DNA of 44,267 nt from an uncultured Candidatus Micrarchaeota archaeon (GTDB lineage: Archaea; Micrarchaeota; Micrarchaeia; Anstonellales; Anstonellaceae). Positions 1 through 9,896 of the stretch are shown here, piece after piece; position 1 is the stretch's first letter, and each line of letters opens with the position of its first letter. A model generated the notes under the pieces. The model did no database searches. It worked only from the letters and a program-made list of their open reading frames with translations, and was not told where the DNA came from. Location: contig CAITKI010000113.1 in NCBI GenBank assembly GCA_903892905.1, positions 1 to 44,267 of the forward strand, read 5' to 3'. A program made the translations under genes and the position numbers.

Positions 1-263
1 AGCCCGACTTTCACAGCTGCGCGCACGCCCTCCACGAACTTTTCGAGGTTGGCGCGCACCAATGCCTCTGAGGATGGATTGCCAAACTGGTAAGTGCGCG
101 TGTATTTTCTGCCATTATGCAAAATAGAGGTGGCAGGGCGCTCCTTTTTCTCGCGCGTGACGATTATGCCCTCTGGGCTAGGCTTGAACGACAGGCGCTT
201 GTGGCTTCCCTTTGCGCCCATGTTCACTTTTTCCTCAAGGCGCTTCACTTCTTTTTTCTGCAT
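1..263 (-). CDS. Hypothetical protein, 5' part (runs off the window edge)
   Basis: Manual translation from ATG at 263 gives MQKKEVKRLEEKVNMGAKGSHKRLSF..., open to the window start; lies downstream of dnaG on the same strand. Confidence 0.5.
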   Translation of the reverse strand, partial: MQKKEVKRLEEKVNMGAKGSHKRLSFKPSPEGIIVTREKKERPATSILHNGRKYTRTYQFGNPSSEALVRANLEKFVEGVRAAVKVG

Positions 264-341
264 GCAAAGCTAAGGGGGGAAGAAAATAAAAAGAGGGCGC
301 GCGTGCGCCCCATGATAAAAAAGAAAGGGGGGTTGGGCTGC

Positions 342-1724
342 TTATGTCTTGGTGTGTATCAGCACGCTTGCGGGCTTCCGAAACACGTTGCCCAGCTTTA
401 TGCCGACAACTATGCCGATTTTCTTGTTCTCGGCCAAGTCAGCAAGCCTCTGCGTGATGATTCCGTCGAAGACAATGGAGTAGATGTCCTTCTCGTCCTC
501 AAGCGCTTTCATCATCTCGCGCACTGGCATCTCCTTGGTGGAGACAAGCTCAGCGTTGTAGAAGCGCGCGCGCAATGTGTTCTCAAGCTCGTCAAGCGAG
601 GCGAGAAGCGCAGATGGCACTTCAGCTGGCTTTTGCACAACAGGCGCTGCCGGCGCAACCGGTGCTGCTGCCTGTTCATGCACAGGGGCTCTCGGTGGCA
701 TGTCTGGCTGCACCTGCTGCTCCACTGGCGCTGATTGCGCCTGTGCAGCCTGCTGTTCAGGGGGCAGCGGAGGCATCACATCATGCCTGTCGTCGCGCCT
801 CTGGCGGTTGCGGTCTTCATACCTGCCTCCGCGGTTGTTGCGGTCGCGCTCGCGTCCATATGTGGGGTACTTATCCTTCCTGTCCTCTCCCACCTGGCTC
901 ATGGGCTGGCTGGTCTCGAATGGCACCTTTGACCTCAGGCACTTGATGAGCTCCTTCCTTGTAAGCTCCTCCACTTCCTTGCCTGCAGGCGCGCGGGCCA
1001 CAAAGTCAATGTCAGCCACGCGGGCAAGCTCGTTGAGGATGATGTCCCCTCCGCGGTCGCCGTCCAGGAAAACTGTGACTTCCTTCTCGCGCGCAAGCTT
1101 TGCAATCGCATTGGTGACGTTTGCGCCTCCCACTGCAACCACGTTCTGCACGTCGTTCTTGAGCAGGTTCAGGACATCCGCCCTGCCCTCCACAATCACA
1201 ATGGCATCCATCTTCTCAATGCCTGGGCCGCACGGGAGCTTCTCAGGGCCGTACTCGGATATTTCCGCGACCTTGACCTCCTGGCGCACCATTTCCGAGA
1301 TTTCCTTGCTCTCGGGTATCTCGTGCGTAAGCATGCTCTTGAGCAATGTCTTTGCCCTGTCAACTAGGATCTTTCTCTTGGCATTCCTGGTGTCCTCCAC
1401 CTTCTCAATGCCGATTTTCGCCTCGCAGGGGCCCACGCGGTCCACTGTCTCCAAGGCTGCTGCAAGTATGCAGGTCTCCACCATGTCAAGCGAGGAGGGC
1501 AGCTTTATCTTGCCCACGCTCCTTCCGCCGCGCGGGTTGAGGTCCACCTCAATGCGCCCAATCCTGCCGTTCTTCTGCAGGTCGCGCAAGTCCAGCTCGT
1601 CGCCCAAGAGCCCTTCGGTCTGCCCGAAGATGGCACCCACTACGTCCGGCTTTTCCACCAATCCGTCAATCTCAAGATTAGCGTAAACCAGGTATTTCAC
1701 CGTGTCAATGTATGTCTTTCCCAT
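342..1724 (-). CDS. dnaG: Archaeal DnaG-type primase (exosome-associated DnaG)
   Basis: N-terminal GLVEKPDVVGAIFGQTEGLLGDELDLRDLQKNGRIGRI; TOPRIM motifs IVEGRADV and LDGDRGG; C-terminal VFDGIITQRL. Confidence 0.96.
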   Translation of the reverse strand: MGKTYIDTVKYLVYANLEIDGLVEKPDVVGAIFGQTEGLLGDELDLRDLQKNGRIGRIEVDLNPRGGRSVGKIKLPSSLDMVETCILAAALETVDRVGPCEAKIGIEKVEDTRNAKRKILVDRAKTLLKSMLTHEIPESKEISEMVRQEVKVAEISEYGPEKLPCGPGIEKMDAIVIVEGRADVLNLLKNDVQNVVAVGGANVTNAIAKLAREKEVTVFLDGDRGGDIILNELARVADIDFVARAPAGKEVEELTRKELIKCLRSKVPFETSQPMSQVGEDRKDKYPTYGRERDRNNRGGRYEDRNRQRRDDRHDVMPPLPPEQQAAQAQSAPVEQQVQPDMPPRAPVHEQAAAPVAPAAPVVQKPAEVPSALLASLDELENTLRARFYNAELVSTKEMPVREMMKALEDEKDIYSIVFDGIITQRLADLAENKKIGIVVGIKLGNVFRKPASVLIHTKT

Positions 1725-1782
1725 AAAATTTCCTCCGAAATTTTATGCATTGCCCATCAGGCAATGCACATTTGATTCATCT

Positions 1783-2085
1783 TTATTCCAGTTTGATTCT
1801 CTGTTGCTTCTTGTCATCCTTGTTTTCAAATCCCTTCACAGCTTCCACAATGCGGGATGCATCGCAGTCAGCGGAAAGGGTTTTCCTTTTGCTTGTGTGC
1901 CCTGCCACAATTTGCACGCGGCAGGCTAGCGCTTTTTCAAGCTCCAAAAGAAGGAACCGGTTGGCGCGCCCGTCTTCAGGCGCCTCAGGTATGTCGGCTT
2001 TCAGCACAAGCGGCGACTCCGACACCAGGCAGAGGCGGAGCCTCTTTGCGCCAGGGTGCGCGCGGACTGAAAATACCGTTGCCAT
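1783..2085 (-). CDS. DUF167/UPF0235 (YggU-like) protein
   Basis: APEDGRAN and IVAGHTSKRK motifs; start placed at MATVFSVRAHPG. Confidence 0.85.
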   Translation of the reverse strand: MATVFSVRAHPGAKRLRLCLVSESPLVLKADIPEAPEDGRANRFLLLELEKALACRVQIVAGHTSKRKTLSADCDASRIVEAVKGFENKDDKKQQRIKLE

Positions 2086-2518
2086 TGCACTTTCTCCGAA
2101 ATCATGCGAAGCGCGCAAAAGCGCGATACGGCACGTATTCCATCGAAAAGATTTGCCTGCTCAAGCCGGCATGGGCCGGTTGTTCAGCGGCTGCTCGCCG
2201 CCCCCAAACGCGCGAATGCGCGAGGGAAATGAGCGTGAAATCCTTATGATGCCAGCCCGCGCAAGCGCGGGCAATGATGTTCCTTCTTCTTTGTTTGAAA
2301 CCGGAAACCTGCGTTCCCGGAGCGTTAATATCACTGTTTTTTGTGTGCGGCGCGCTGTTGACAGGCAATTCACAGCGGTGAGCTCCTTCTGCCATCCACG
2401 CGCAGCACTCCCTATATGGTTTTGGGGGTATATAAAGCCCGCACCCAAGAGGGCGCATTTGGGCGCTTTTGCCCTGCCAGAAAGGCAGGATTTTATCCCT
2501 TCCCCCCAATATACTATT

Positions 2519-4516
2519 ATGCGCAGGCTGGTGGGAGCCATCGCGCTTCTTTTCATCGCCTTCCTTCTCGTTTTGTTCATCCCTCTCCCTGCAATCCCTT
2601 CCCAGCTGGCGCAGGAAAGCGCAAGCGCGAAGCTGGGATTTGGCATAAAATCAGCCGAAATTGCAGATTCTGATGGCTCTGGGGTGGCGCTGCTGCGGCT
2701 GTACCTTGTTTCTGACGGCGCGCGCAACCTGTCTGCCTTCTGTTCCTCTCGCCCCCTCCAAAACAACATCTTGCTGCTCTCCTTTCCCTCTGCGCCTGGC
2801 GTGGATGAGAGCCTTCCTGTGAAAATATCTGCAGCGCTGATGAAAAGCGGGCTTTCCTCCCGCGCTGCTTCCATTGCGGATGCGCTCTCTTCGGAAAACA
2901 CGCTCATAATCGCTTCCACAGGTGCAATTCCCATTCCCCTTCTTCAAAACGCTTCGGCACTTGAGCACCAAAACACCCGCGTGATAGTGCTTGAGGCGCT
3001 TTCAGGCAAAACAATAGACGAAAACGGCAATCTCGCGCAGCTGAACACCAGCCTTCCGAAAAACTTCGTGCTAGTGCATCTTTCTCCCTCTAACGAGGAA
3101 AGCGCAGTGGCAGAGGTGGCAAGGCGCGCGATTTTCCTTCCAGGCCTAGAAAGCGTGCGCGCGTCTTACTTGCCGGGCAACATAACGCTTGTGGTGCCCC
3201 TGAACGAAAGCTCTGCCTATTGCCGTGCAGTGTGCGAGGCTGGCGGAGGCAGGTACAGGTTTTCCGACAGCGGGCTGCTCTCTGCCTCTCCTGGCACGCT
3301 GATGGGGCCTGCAAGGCTTGCAGCAGGGCAAGACGGCATTTACGAATTTTCACTGCCTAATGGGGAAGAAGTGGGAAGGAACCTCAAATTTTTTGCACTG
3401 GCTATTCTTCCTGAAGGCGAGTCATTCAGGCGCGAAATTGCAGGCGGCGAGATAAAGCAAGGCTGGGCAAGCAGGTTCCAGCTGAACTTTTCGCGCGGGG
3501 GCAAGTATGCTGTGCGCGTGATAGACCAGTTTGGCAGGGTGCATGCGTCCGCCTTTGTTTCAGTGCCCGCGCTTTCAGTCACTCCTGTCTCATTCGAAGG
3601 CAGCAGGTACGAATTCCTGGCGCTTCTTGATGGCGTTCCTGTGGAAGGTGCAATATCTGCCCGGCTTGACAACGGCTCTCCAAAAAACTATTCAGTGCAT
3701 GAGGGAAAGCTTGTAATCTGGTCTGCCCCTTCTTCCGGGAATCACACTTTCGGGTTTGAGTTTTCAGGCTCGCGAGCGGATTACCAATTCATCTCCTCCC
3801 CATCTGGCATGGGCGCGCTTATTGACACCTACCTGCGCTTTGGCGTGCCTGCTGCAATCTTTGTGCTTGCGGTCTTCCTATTGCTTCGCGCAGGAAGGCG
3901 CGCGAAATATTCCATCACATTTCCCGAAGTCGCGCTTTTTGACCCTGACGTGGTGAACGTAAGCGCCGAAGAGGTCGTCTCAGCCTACACCCGCGCAGAC
4001 AGGAAGTTCGGGGGCTTTTCCCTGCCATGCTACCCATCGGAAATCGCAGATGGGCTTTTGCAGGAAAAAAACAGGCGTAATGCAATGCCCATAAACGCGC
4101 ACAGTGTGCTTCGCATCCTGCGCAAGCTATCAGCGCAAGGCGTTTTTGCAGAGCATGAAGGTGCATTCATCCCAACTTCCAAGATGGGCGGGTTTTCCGC
4201 GCAAGAGCTTCACATGCTTCGCATTATGCACGAATGCATGCTTGAGCAAGGACTGCGCTTTTCCAGGAAGCCGATTATCACTGTGAAGAAAGGCGAGCTT
4301 GAGCTTGCGCTTTTCAGGGGCAAGAAATCCCTTCTGTCCGGCATTGGGAAGGCATGCCGAGCAGTGGTGTTTGAAAGCAAGGAGGCGCTTGAGAAATTCC
4401 AGGAAGAGCTTGCGGTCCCTGGCTTTGAAAACAACAGGATACGCCTTGCGCTGGGCAACGATTTGCTTGTTTTCGTGGTTGCAAGCAGGGGCTCGCTCGG
4501 TGGCATTCTGCCTTAG
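2519..4516 (+). CDS. Hypothetical membrane protein (N-terminal signal/TM, extracellular beta-rich region, second TM, cytoplasmic tail)
   Basis: Start at MRRLVGAIALLFIAFLLVLF; internal TM FGVPAAIFVLAVFLLL; the upstream ORF extension to 1745 overlaps DUF167 and was discarded. Confidence 0.75.
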   Translation: MRRLVGAIALLFIAFLLVLFIPLPAIPSQLAQESASAKLGFGIKSAEIADSDGSGVALLRLYLVSDGARNLSAFCSSRPLQNNILLLSFPSAPGVDESLPVKISAALMKSGLSSRAASIADALSSENTLIIASTGAIPIPLLQNASALEHQNTRVIVLEALSGKTIDENGNLAQLNTSLPKNFVLVHLSPSNEESAVAEVARRAIFLPGLESVRASYLPGNITLVVPLNESSAYCRAVCEAGGGRYRFSDSGLLSASPGTLMGPARLAAGQDGIYEFSLPNGEEVGRNLKFFALAILPEGESFRREIAGGEIKQGWASRFQLNFSRGGKYAVRVIDQFGRVHASAFVSVPALSVTPVSFEGSRYEFLALLDGVPVEGAISARLDNGSPKNYSVHEGKLVIWSAPSSGNHTFGFEFSGSRADYQFISSPSGMGALIDTYLRFGVPAAIFVLAVFLLLRAGRRAKYSITFPEVALFDPDVVNVSAEEVVSAYTRADRKFGGFSLPCYPSEIADGLLQEKNRRNAMPINAHSVLRILRKLSAQGVFAEHEGAFIPTSKMGGFSAQELHMLRIMHECMLEQGLRFSRKPIITVKKGELELALFRGKKSLLSGIGKACRAVVFESKEALEKFQEELAVPGFENNRIRLALGNDLLVFVVASRGSLGGILP

Positions 4517-4523
4517 TGGTATT

Positions 4524-5816
4524 ATGAGAATGGCATTTTTGCTTTTCATCATCGTGCTTTTCGCACCCCTGTTTTCAGTGGCAGAGATGGGGCAGGCGTC
4601 CTCCCAAAACACTGCGCTTGCCCCTTCCCTTCTTGGCGCAGAAAATGCGTGCAGCGCGCCCTCGCGGCTGCCAAGCGAAGATGACATTTTCTCAGTGGCG
4701 GACGCGCGCATCGTCTCCCTCATCCCGCAAGTTGGCAATACGACGTCAGACTTGGCAAACGCATCCATCCTCTGGTCATGGTCTGCAGCTTTTCCAAGCG
4801 AGGCGCGCTTTTCCATCCGCGATGAAGCTCGCTGCCCTGCGGGGGAAATCCGCTATTTCTCCCCCTCCTCCCCAACGCTATCCGGCGCGCTTTCCTATTC
4901 GTACGGAAACTCGACAGAAACCCTGCCTCTCTCAGCAACCAGCGCAAATCCCATTCCCCTGAACCTGTCTGCAACAAAACTGGCCGACGCTGACTTCCTG
5001 CAGCCGTTCGCTTCCCTGTCTTTCATCCTGCGCGCCGATCTTTCCATCATCTATTCATTCTCAAAAAGCAGCTACGCCTATCGCTGCAGCGACATGGACG
5101 GTTACACTGGCTGCGGCTGCGAGAAAAATCATGATAATGGCTTTCGCACCTTCAAGCGCAGCCTTTCCGACGCGCGCAATTTCTCAGTGGAAGTGGGCCC
5201 AAACTCGCTTCTTTGGCTGAATCCCCCTCTTTCCTCCCGCCTTGCAGGCAATGGGGATGGAAAAGTGGCTCTATTTGCCCGCCGCCTTCCTGCAAACCTC
5301 TCGCTTGCTTTCCGCGGAAAAGAAATTGCCAATGCGCAGCCCTATTCATTTTCAGTGGCTACTGGCCCCTGCGGAGAGGCAATAGTGGGCAGGGAATTTT
5401 CATCATCAGACGATGCCGCTACTGGTGTTTTCATCAACACAAGCGCGCCCATTTTCCCCTCGCAGCTTGTGGACAAGAACGCATCCTACCTTCCATTCTA
5501 CCTGGAATTCCCCTGGCAAGCCGATGCTGGCAGGGCAAATTTCACCATTGTTTTCGAGGATGCTTTTTCCCACCAACAGATATTTTCACGCGAGTTTTCC
5601 GTGAGAGAGCCAACGCCTTTCTCTTCATTGCCAGGTGCGGCTGGTGAGGGCGGCGCGATGGAAAAAAGAGAGGCAAGCGATGATGCAACATCGGCAGCCT
5701 ACCCAACGCGGCAGCAGCAGGCTGCGTTTCCGGATTTTTCAATCATCGCCGTGGCATTTGCGTTCCCGCTTGCCATAGGCGCACTTGCGCTGTCGCGCCG
5801 CCTTGAGTGGCTGTAG
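4524..5816 (+). CDS. Hypothetical secreted protein with C-terminal membrane anchor
   Basis: Signal-like MRMAFLLFIIVLFAPLF; C-terminal TM IIAVAFAFPLAIGALAL followed by RR; 7 nt after the previous stop. Confidence 0.75.
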   Translation: MRMAFLLFIIVLFAPLFSVAEMGQASSQNTALAPSLLGAENACSAPSRLPSEDDIFSVADARIVSLIPQVGNTTSDLANASILWSWSAAFPSEARFSIRDEARCPAGEIRYFSPSSPTLSGALSYSYGNSTETLPLSATSANPIPLNLSATKLADADFLQPFASLSFILRADLSIIYSFSKSSYAYRCSDMDGYTGCGCEKNHDNGFRTFKRSLSDARNFSVEVGPNSLLWLNPPLSSRLAGNGDGKVALFARRLPANLSLAFRGKEIANAQPYSFSVATGPCGEAIVGREFSSSDDAATGVFINTSAPIFPSQLVDKNASYLPFYLEFPWQADAGRANFTIVFEDAFSHQQIFSREFSVREPTPFSSLPGAAGEGGAMEKREASDDATSAAYPTRQQQAAFPDFSIIAVAFAFPLAIGALALSRRLEWL

Positions 5817-5846
5817 CGTTTTATTCCTTGCCTTCTTCATCACACC

Positions 5847-6845
5847 ATGCTTGAAATCGACGGCTCACAAGGCGAGGGGGGCGGGCAGGTGCTGCGCACC
5901 GCGCTTTCCCTTTCATGCGTGCTCCAAAAGCCAGTGCACATAACAAGCATACGCGCAGGCAGGAGCAAGCCCGGGCTTGCTGCGCAGCATCTCACCGCCT
6001 GCCATCTCCTTTCCAGCATTTCAGGCGCAAAAATGTCTGGCGCAGGGCTCGGCTCCACAGAGCTTTCATTTTCCCCTGGAAAAATCTCAGGCGGGGAATA
6101 CAAATTCGACATCGGCACTGCGGGCTCGTGCACGCTTCTCCTTCAGGCTGTGCTTCCTGTCCTTGCGCATGCTCCTCGCCCAAGCTCGCTGGAAATAACT
6201 GGCGGCACGCACGTGTCGCACTCGCCAACGTTTGAGTATTTCTCAGAGGTGTTTCTGCCTGCTGTCCGCAAGTTCGGCGTGCGCGCAGATGTGCAAATGC
6301 AGCGCGCAGGCTTTTACCCAAAAGGAGGCGGGAAAGTAACGCTAGCCGTGGAGCCGTCAAAGCTTCGCGGATGCAAATTCCTGCCAGAGGCGCAGCCTGT
6401 GAAATATTCCATCCTCTCCTCCTCCCTTCCCCCTCATGTCCTTCAGCGCGAGGAGAAAGAAGTGAAAAAACTTTTCCCAAACGCAACCGGCGTTGCGCGC
6501 GAGGCAGAAGCATCATGCGCAGGCAACGCGCTTACGGTTTGGAGCGGCTCATTCGGCGCATCCTCGCTTGGCGAGATTGGGAAGCCTGCGGAAAAAGTGG
6601 CGCAGGAGGCGTGCGCAGAGCTCATGCGCGAGATGCCTGCAGCGCCTCATGAGCAGGGCGCAGGCCCTTCTGTTGACTCGCATTTGGCAGACCAGCTTCT
6701 CATATACGCTTCGCTTGCAGATGGGAAAAGCGAATTTTCCACTCCTGTGTTTTCATCGCACCTGAAGACAAACGCGGAGGTCATCCGCGCCATGACAGGA
6801 AGGAATATTAGGCTTGGCAACGACAGGACAGTGTCGGTCGAATAA
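5847..6845 (+). CDS. rtcA: RNA 3'-terminal phosphate cyclase
   Basis: IDGSQGEGGGQVLRTAL, RSKPGLAAQHL, GFYPKGGG, DSHLADQL and catalytic His in SHLKTN. Confidence 0.96.
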   Translation: MLEIDGSQGEGGGQVLRTALSLSCVLQKPVHITSIRAGRSKPGLAAQHLTACHLLSSISGAKMSGAGLGSTELSFSPGKISGGEYKFDIGTAGSCTLLLQAVLPVLAHAPRPSSLEITGGTHVSHSPTFEYFSEVFLPAVRKFGVRADVQMQRAGFYPKGGGKVTLAVEPSKLRGCKFLPEAQPVKYSILSSSLPPHVLQREEKEVKKLFPNATGVAREAEASCAGNALTVWSGSFGASSLGEIGKPAEKVAQEACAELMREMPAAPHEQGAGPSVDSHLADQLLIYASLADGKSEFSTPVFSSHLKTNAEVIRAMTGRNIRLGNDRTVSVE

Positions 6846-6858
6846 ATCAGGTGGTAAC

Positions 6859-7488
6859 ATGGCAACGAAGGCAAACGTCGCACTTCTGGATTTTGCAGGC
6901 CTTGGGCTTGCAGCCGTCATGGGCATAATCGTGGCGCTTGTCAACCCTGCTTTTCTCGCAATCATGCTCATTTTCCTCGTGCTTTCCGTGCTTGTGACGC
7001 GCTACGGGTTTGAGAAGAAGCGCGACTTGGGGCTTTACGAGCACGAGAGGAGCTGGGAGAATGTATTGGCAAACGGGCTCATCCCCACAATCTGCGCGGT
7101 TGCAAACCCCTGGATTGGATGGGGCGCCTATGTTGGCTCCATCGCCGCAATCACCGCGGACAAGTTCGCATCCGAGCTTGGCGTGCTTGGCGGCGAGCCC
7201 ATCTCCCTTCTGAACTTCAAGAAGACAAAGGCAGGCAGGAACGGCGCCATCACGGTGTTTGGCACCCTGATGTCTCTTGACGGCGCGCTTCTCATAGGCC
7301 TTGCCGCAATGTTCCTCATTCCCGGCTTAGATCTTAGAAAAGTGGTGGCAATCGGCCTCATTGGCTTTGGAGGCAGCATGGTGGACAGCATAGTAGGCGT
7401 GCTTGAGGAAAAGGGAATAGGCACCAAGGCAACCACCAACGCAGTGTGCGCGCTCTTCGGCGCGATTTGCGGGCTTGCATTCCTGTAG
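6859..7488 (+). CDS. DUF92 family integral membrane protein
   Basis: RSWENVLANG, ADKFASELG, G-x-NGAITVFG and GSMVDSIVG motifs; GGTGGT upstream of ATG. Confidence 0.9.
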   Translation: MATKANVALLDFAGLGLAAVMGIIVALVNPAFLAIMLIFLVLSVLVTRYGFEKKRDLGLYEHERSWENVLANGLIPTICAVANPWIGWGAYVGSIAAITADKFASELGVLGGEPISLLNFKKTKAGRNGAITVFGTLMSLDGALLIGLAAMFLIPGLDLRKVVAIGLIGFGGSMVDSIVGVLEEKGIGTKATTNAVCALFGAICGLAFL

Positions 7489-7770
7489 TCAGTATTTCAC
7501 TCCAAAAGAAGCATGCGCGCGCTTGCTGATTTCGATTTTTTCCTTTTCTTCCATCTTCTCAACATGTATGCCATTGAGCATGCGAACAGACACTCTGCGC
7601 GCGAGCTCGTCTATTTTCGCTGCCTCTCCTTCGGCGACGATTTCCACCGTGCCGTCAGCTAAATTTTTGGCATAGCCTGAAAGGCCGATGGATTGCCCTA
7701 TCCTGCAAACAAAGTCTCTGAAACCAACACCTTGCACGCGGCCTGATGCAATAAAACAAGCGCGGAACAT
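7489..7770 (-). CDS. acyP: Acylphosphatase
   Basis: SGRVQGVGFR and GYAKNLADGTVEIVAEG signature motifs. Confidence 0.93.
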   Translation of the reverse strand: MFRACFIASGRVQGVGFRDFVCRIGQSIGLSGYAKNLADGTVEIVAEGEAAKIDELARRVSVRMLNGIHVEKMEEKEKIEISKRAHASFGVKY

Positions 7771-7789
7771 TGCAACCCTCCCAACACCA

Positions 7790-8725
7790 TCATTCGTTTC
7801 CCTTGGCGGCTTCCACGTAATCCTCGCCCAGCTTCTGCACGAACCAGTCCACGAGCTTATCGAGTTTTTGGGTGTTTTGCGCATATTGGAGCTCTTTCAC
7901 ATAGGGGATGGTGTCCTTTACTTTTATGTTGACGGGCGGATATCCGTTGCGCATGAGGATTAGGCTGGTCAGCAGCCTTGCCACCCTCCCATTGCCATCC
8001 CCGAATGGATGTACTTCGATGAATTTCAGGTGCGTTGTTGCTGCAAGTTCTATCGGATGGAGCTTCACCTTGTTCTTTGCGTACCATGCAAGGAATTCCC
8101 TGAATTTTCCGTTGACTTCCTTTTCGGATGGCGGCATCCAGTTCGCGCCATCTATCGCAACCGGGTAATTCCTTATCCTTCCGCCCTGCTGCTCATCGAT
8201 GTTCGCCATCATCATTTTATGCAGCCGAAGGATGAGGCGCTTTGAGACATCTGCCTTGCATGCCATTATGTAATTCAGCGCTTTTTCCGTGTTGAATATC
8301 TCGTGTATCTCCCTGAGGCTTTTGCCTGACGGCATCACCTTCTTTTCAAGCATTGCCGCTGTTTCAAGAAGGGATACGGAATTGCCCTCTATGGCGTTTG
8401 TGTTGTATGTGAACCGTATGGTGAAGTCGCGCTCCCTCTTTTCAAGCGCAATCTGAGGGTAATTCTTCACTTTCTTCTGGAATTCCCCTATCACAAAATC
8501 AAGCTTTGCCAGCCGCTCGGGGTCAAGATAGGTGTATTTTTTCTTCACAGGTATTTTGTACTTTATGATGAAAAGCTTGGTGAGCTTTTGGAGTTCTGCC
8601 TTATTGGGCATTTTCTTCCCGATGTATTCCCGCAGCGACTTCCACTTTCCCCTATCTGTTCTGAGGTTGTGGGCAAGGTAATAATACGCCACTTTCCCTG
8701 TTTTTTTCCTTGCTACGAAAACCAT
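7790..8725 (-). CDS. Fic family protein with an intramolecular inhibitory helix motif
   Basis: Canonical HPFGDGNGRVAR motif; TNAIEGN inhibitory motif; start could alternatively be GTG 8734. Confidence 0.93.
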   Translation of the reverse strand: MVFVARKKTGKVAYYYLAHNLRTDRGKWKSLREYIGKKMPNKAELQKLTKLFIIKYKIPVKKKYTYLDPERLAKLDFVIGEFQKKVKNYPQIALEKRERDFTIRFTYNTNAIEGNSVSLLETAAMLEKKVMPSGKSLREIHEIFNTEKALNYIMACKADVSKRLILRLHKMMMANIDEQQGGRIRNYPVAIDGANWMPPSEKEVNGKFREFLAWYAKNKVKLHPIELAATTHLKFIEVHPFGDGNGRVARLLTSLILMRNGYPPVNIKVKDTIPYVKELQYAQNTQKLDKLVDWFVQKLGEDYVEAAKGNE

Positions 8726-8778
8726 TGTTACCACAAATCTATAAAACTCAGAAAATTCTTATAAATGTGGTGGTAAGA

Positions 8779-9750
8779 CTACTCTTTCTCCAGAGGGAAC
8801 AGGTCATACTTCACGTTGTGGTCGAAAATTATCGCACTCTCAATCTTTCCAACCCATGGGAATGCCTGCCTCAGCGCTGATACCTGGCGCTGGAATTCCT
8901 TTTGGTCGCGCACTTCCACAATCATCTCAAAATTCCAGCTTCCCAGCGTCTCTAGCAGGAACACCGCGTTCGGGTTTGCCTGCGCATAGCCATAGATTTT
9001 CCTGCGCTTCTCCTCATCCAAGCCATCCACCTGCAGGAAAAGCTGGTAGCACTGATAACCATACTTCTGGCAGCTTACCTGCGGCGATGCGCCCTGCAGG
9101 ATTCCTTTCTCCTCCAGCCTTTTCAGCCTGAAAGCAACCGTGCTTGCAGGCATGCCTGCCTTCTTTGCAATTGCAACAGTTTCCGCGCGCGCAGATTGTG
9201 AAATCGCTTTCAGAATGGCAAAGTCAGCGCCATCCAGTGTCTGTTTTCCAAGCTTCCTGCCAAAGTATGGCGTCTTGGCATTGGCTTTTCGCTCGCCTGC
9301 TGCCAAGTAGTCTCTTGGGAACTGCGTTAGCTCCATCCTGATTGCCACTTCCCAGCCTGCAAGCACATTGCGCGCCTTCTCCTTGATTTTTGTGAAGATG
9401 GAATAGAACTCAAAGTCATCGCGCGCCATCACAGCGAAGGCAAGGTCAAACCTGCCGCCAAAATCAGCGAGCCAATACACACGCGGGTGCGCCACGAGGT
9501 ATTCCAGCATCTCTTTCCTGCCCTCCTCAGACTCAAAGCAGCAGAAAACCCCGTAGCCGATATAGCCAAGCTCAGAGAAATTCACCAGCGCCATGTAGCG
9601 CTTCACCACGCCCTCCTTTTCCAATCGCGCGAGCCTATAGCGCACCACTTCAGGCGAGGATCGCACGGAGCGCGCAATCTGCTTCACGCCCGCGCGCGCC
9701 TTGCCTTCCAGCGCGAGCAATATCTTCCTGTCGAGGGCGTCAAGTTCCAT
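8779..9750 (-). CDS. Tandem-duplicated Lrp/AsnC family transcriptional regulator
   Basis: Two HTH+RAM repeats: LDALDRKILLAL...RLARLEKEGVV and LDGADFAILKAI...RLKRLEEKGIL. Confidence 0.9.
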   Translation of the reverse strand: MELDALDRKILLALEGKARAGVKQIARSVRSSPEVVRYRLARLEKEGVVKRYMALVNFSELGYIGYGVFCCFESEEGRKEMLEYLVAHPRVYWLADFGGRFDLAFAVMARDDFEFYSIFTKIKEKARNVLAGWEVAIRMELTQFPRDYLAAGERKANAKTPYFGRKLGKQTLDGADFAILKAISQSARAETVAIAKKAGMPASTVAFRLKRLEEKGILQGASPQVSCQKYGYQCYQLFLQVDGLDEEKRRKIYGYAQANPNAVFLLETLGSWNFEMIVEVRDQKEFQRQVSALRQAFPWVGKIESAIIFDHNVKYDLFPLEKE

Positions 9751-9896
9751 ATTTTCATTTATAGCAAAAAAAGCTTATAAAAGTTGTTGTTTGGCATGAT
9801 TTTTGCTAAAAAGTATAATAAACCACAATAACCACATTGAACAACACAGAACAACAGAACGGAAGAAAAGAAAAACAAAATTGGAGGTGGATTGAA

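Noticed and set aside
577-1686. 369 aa ORF antisense to dnaG, and the many similar overlapping ORFs in GC-rich genes
   Set aside because: Ser/Arg-rich shadow frames caused by codon bias
1745-2518. N-terminal 258 aa of the 923 aa ORF
   Set aside because: Overlaps the DUF167 gene on the other strand; the signal-like sequence starts at 2519
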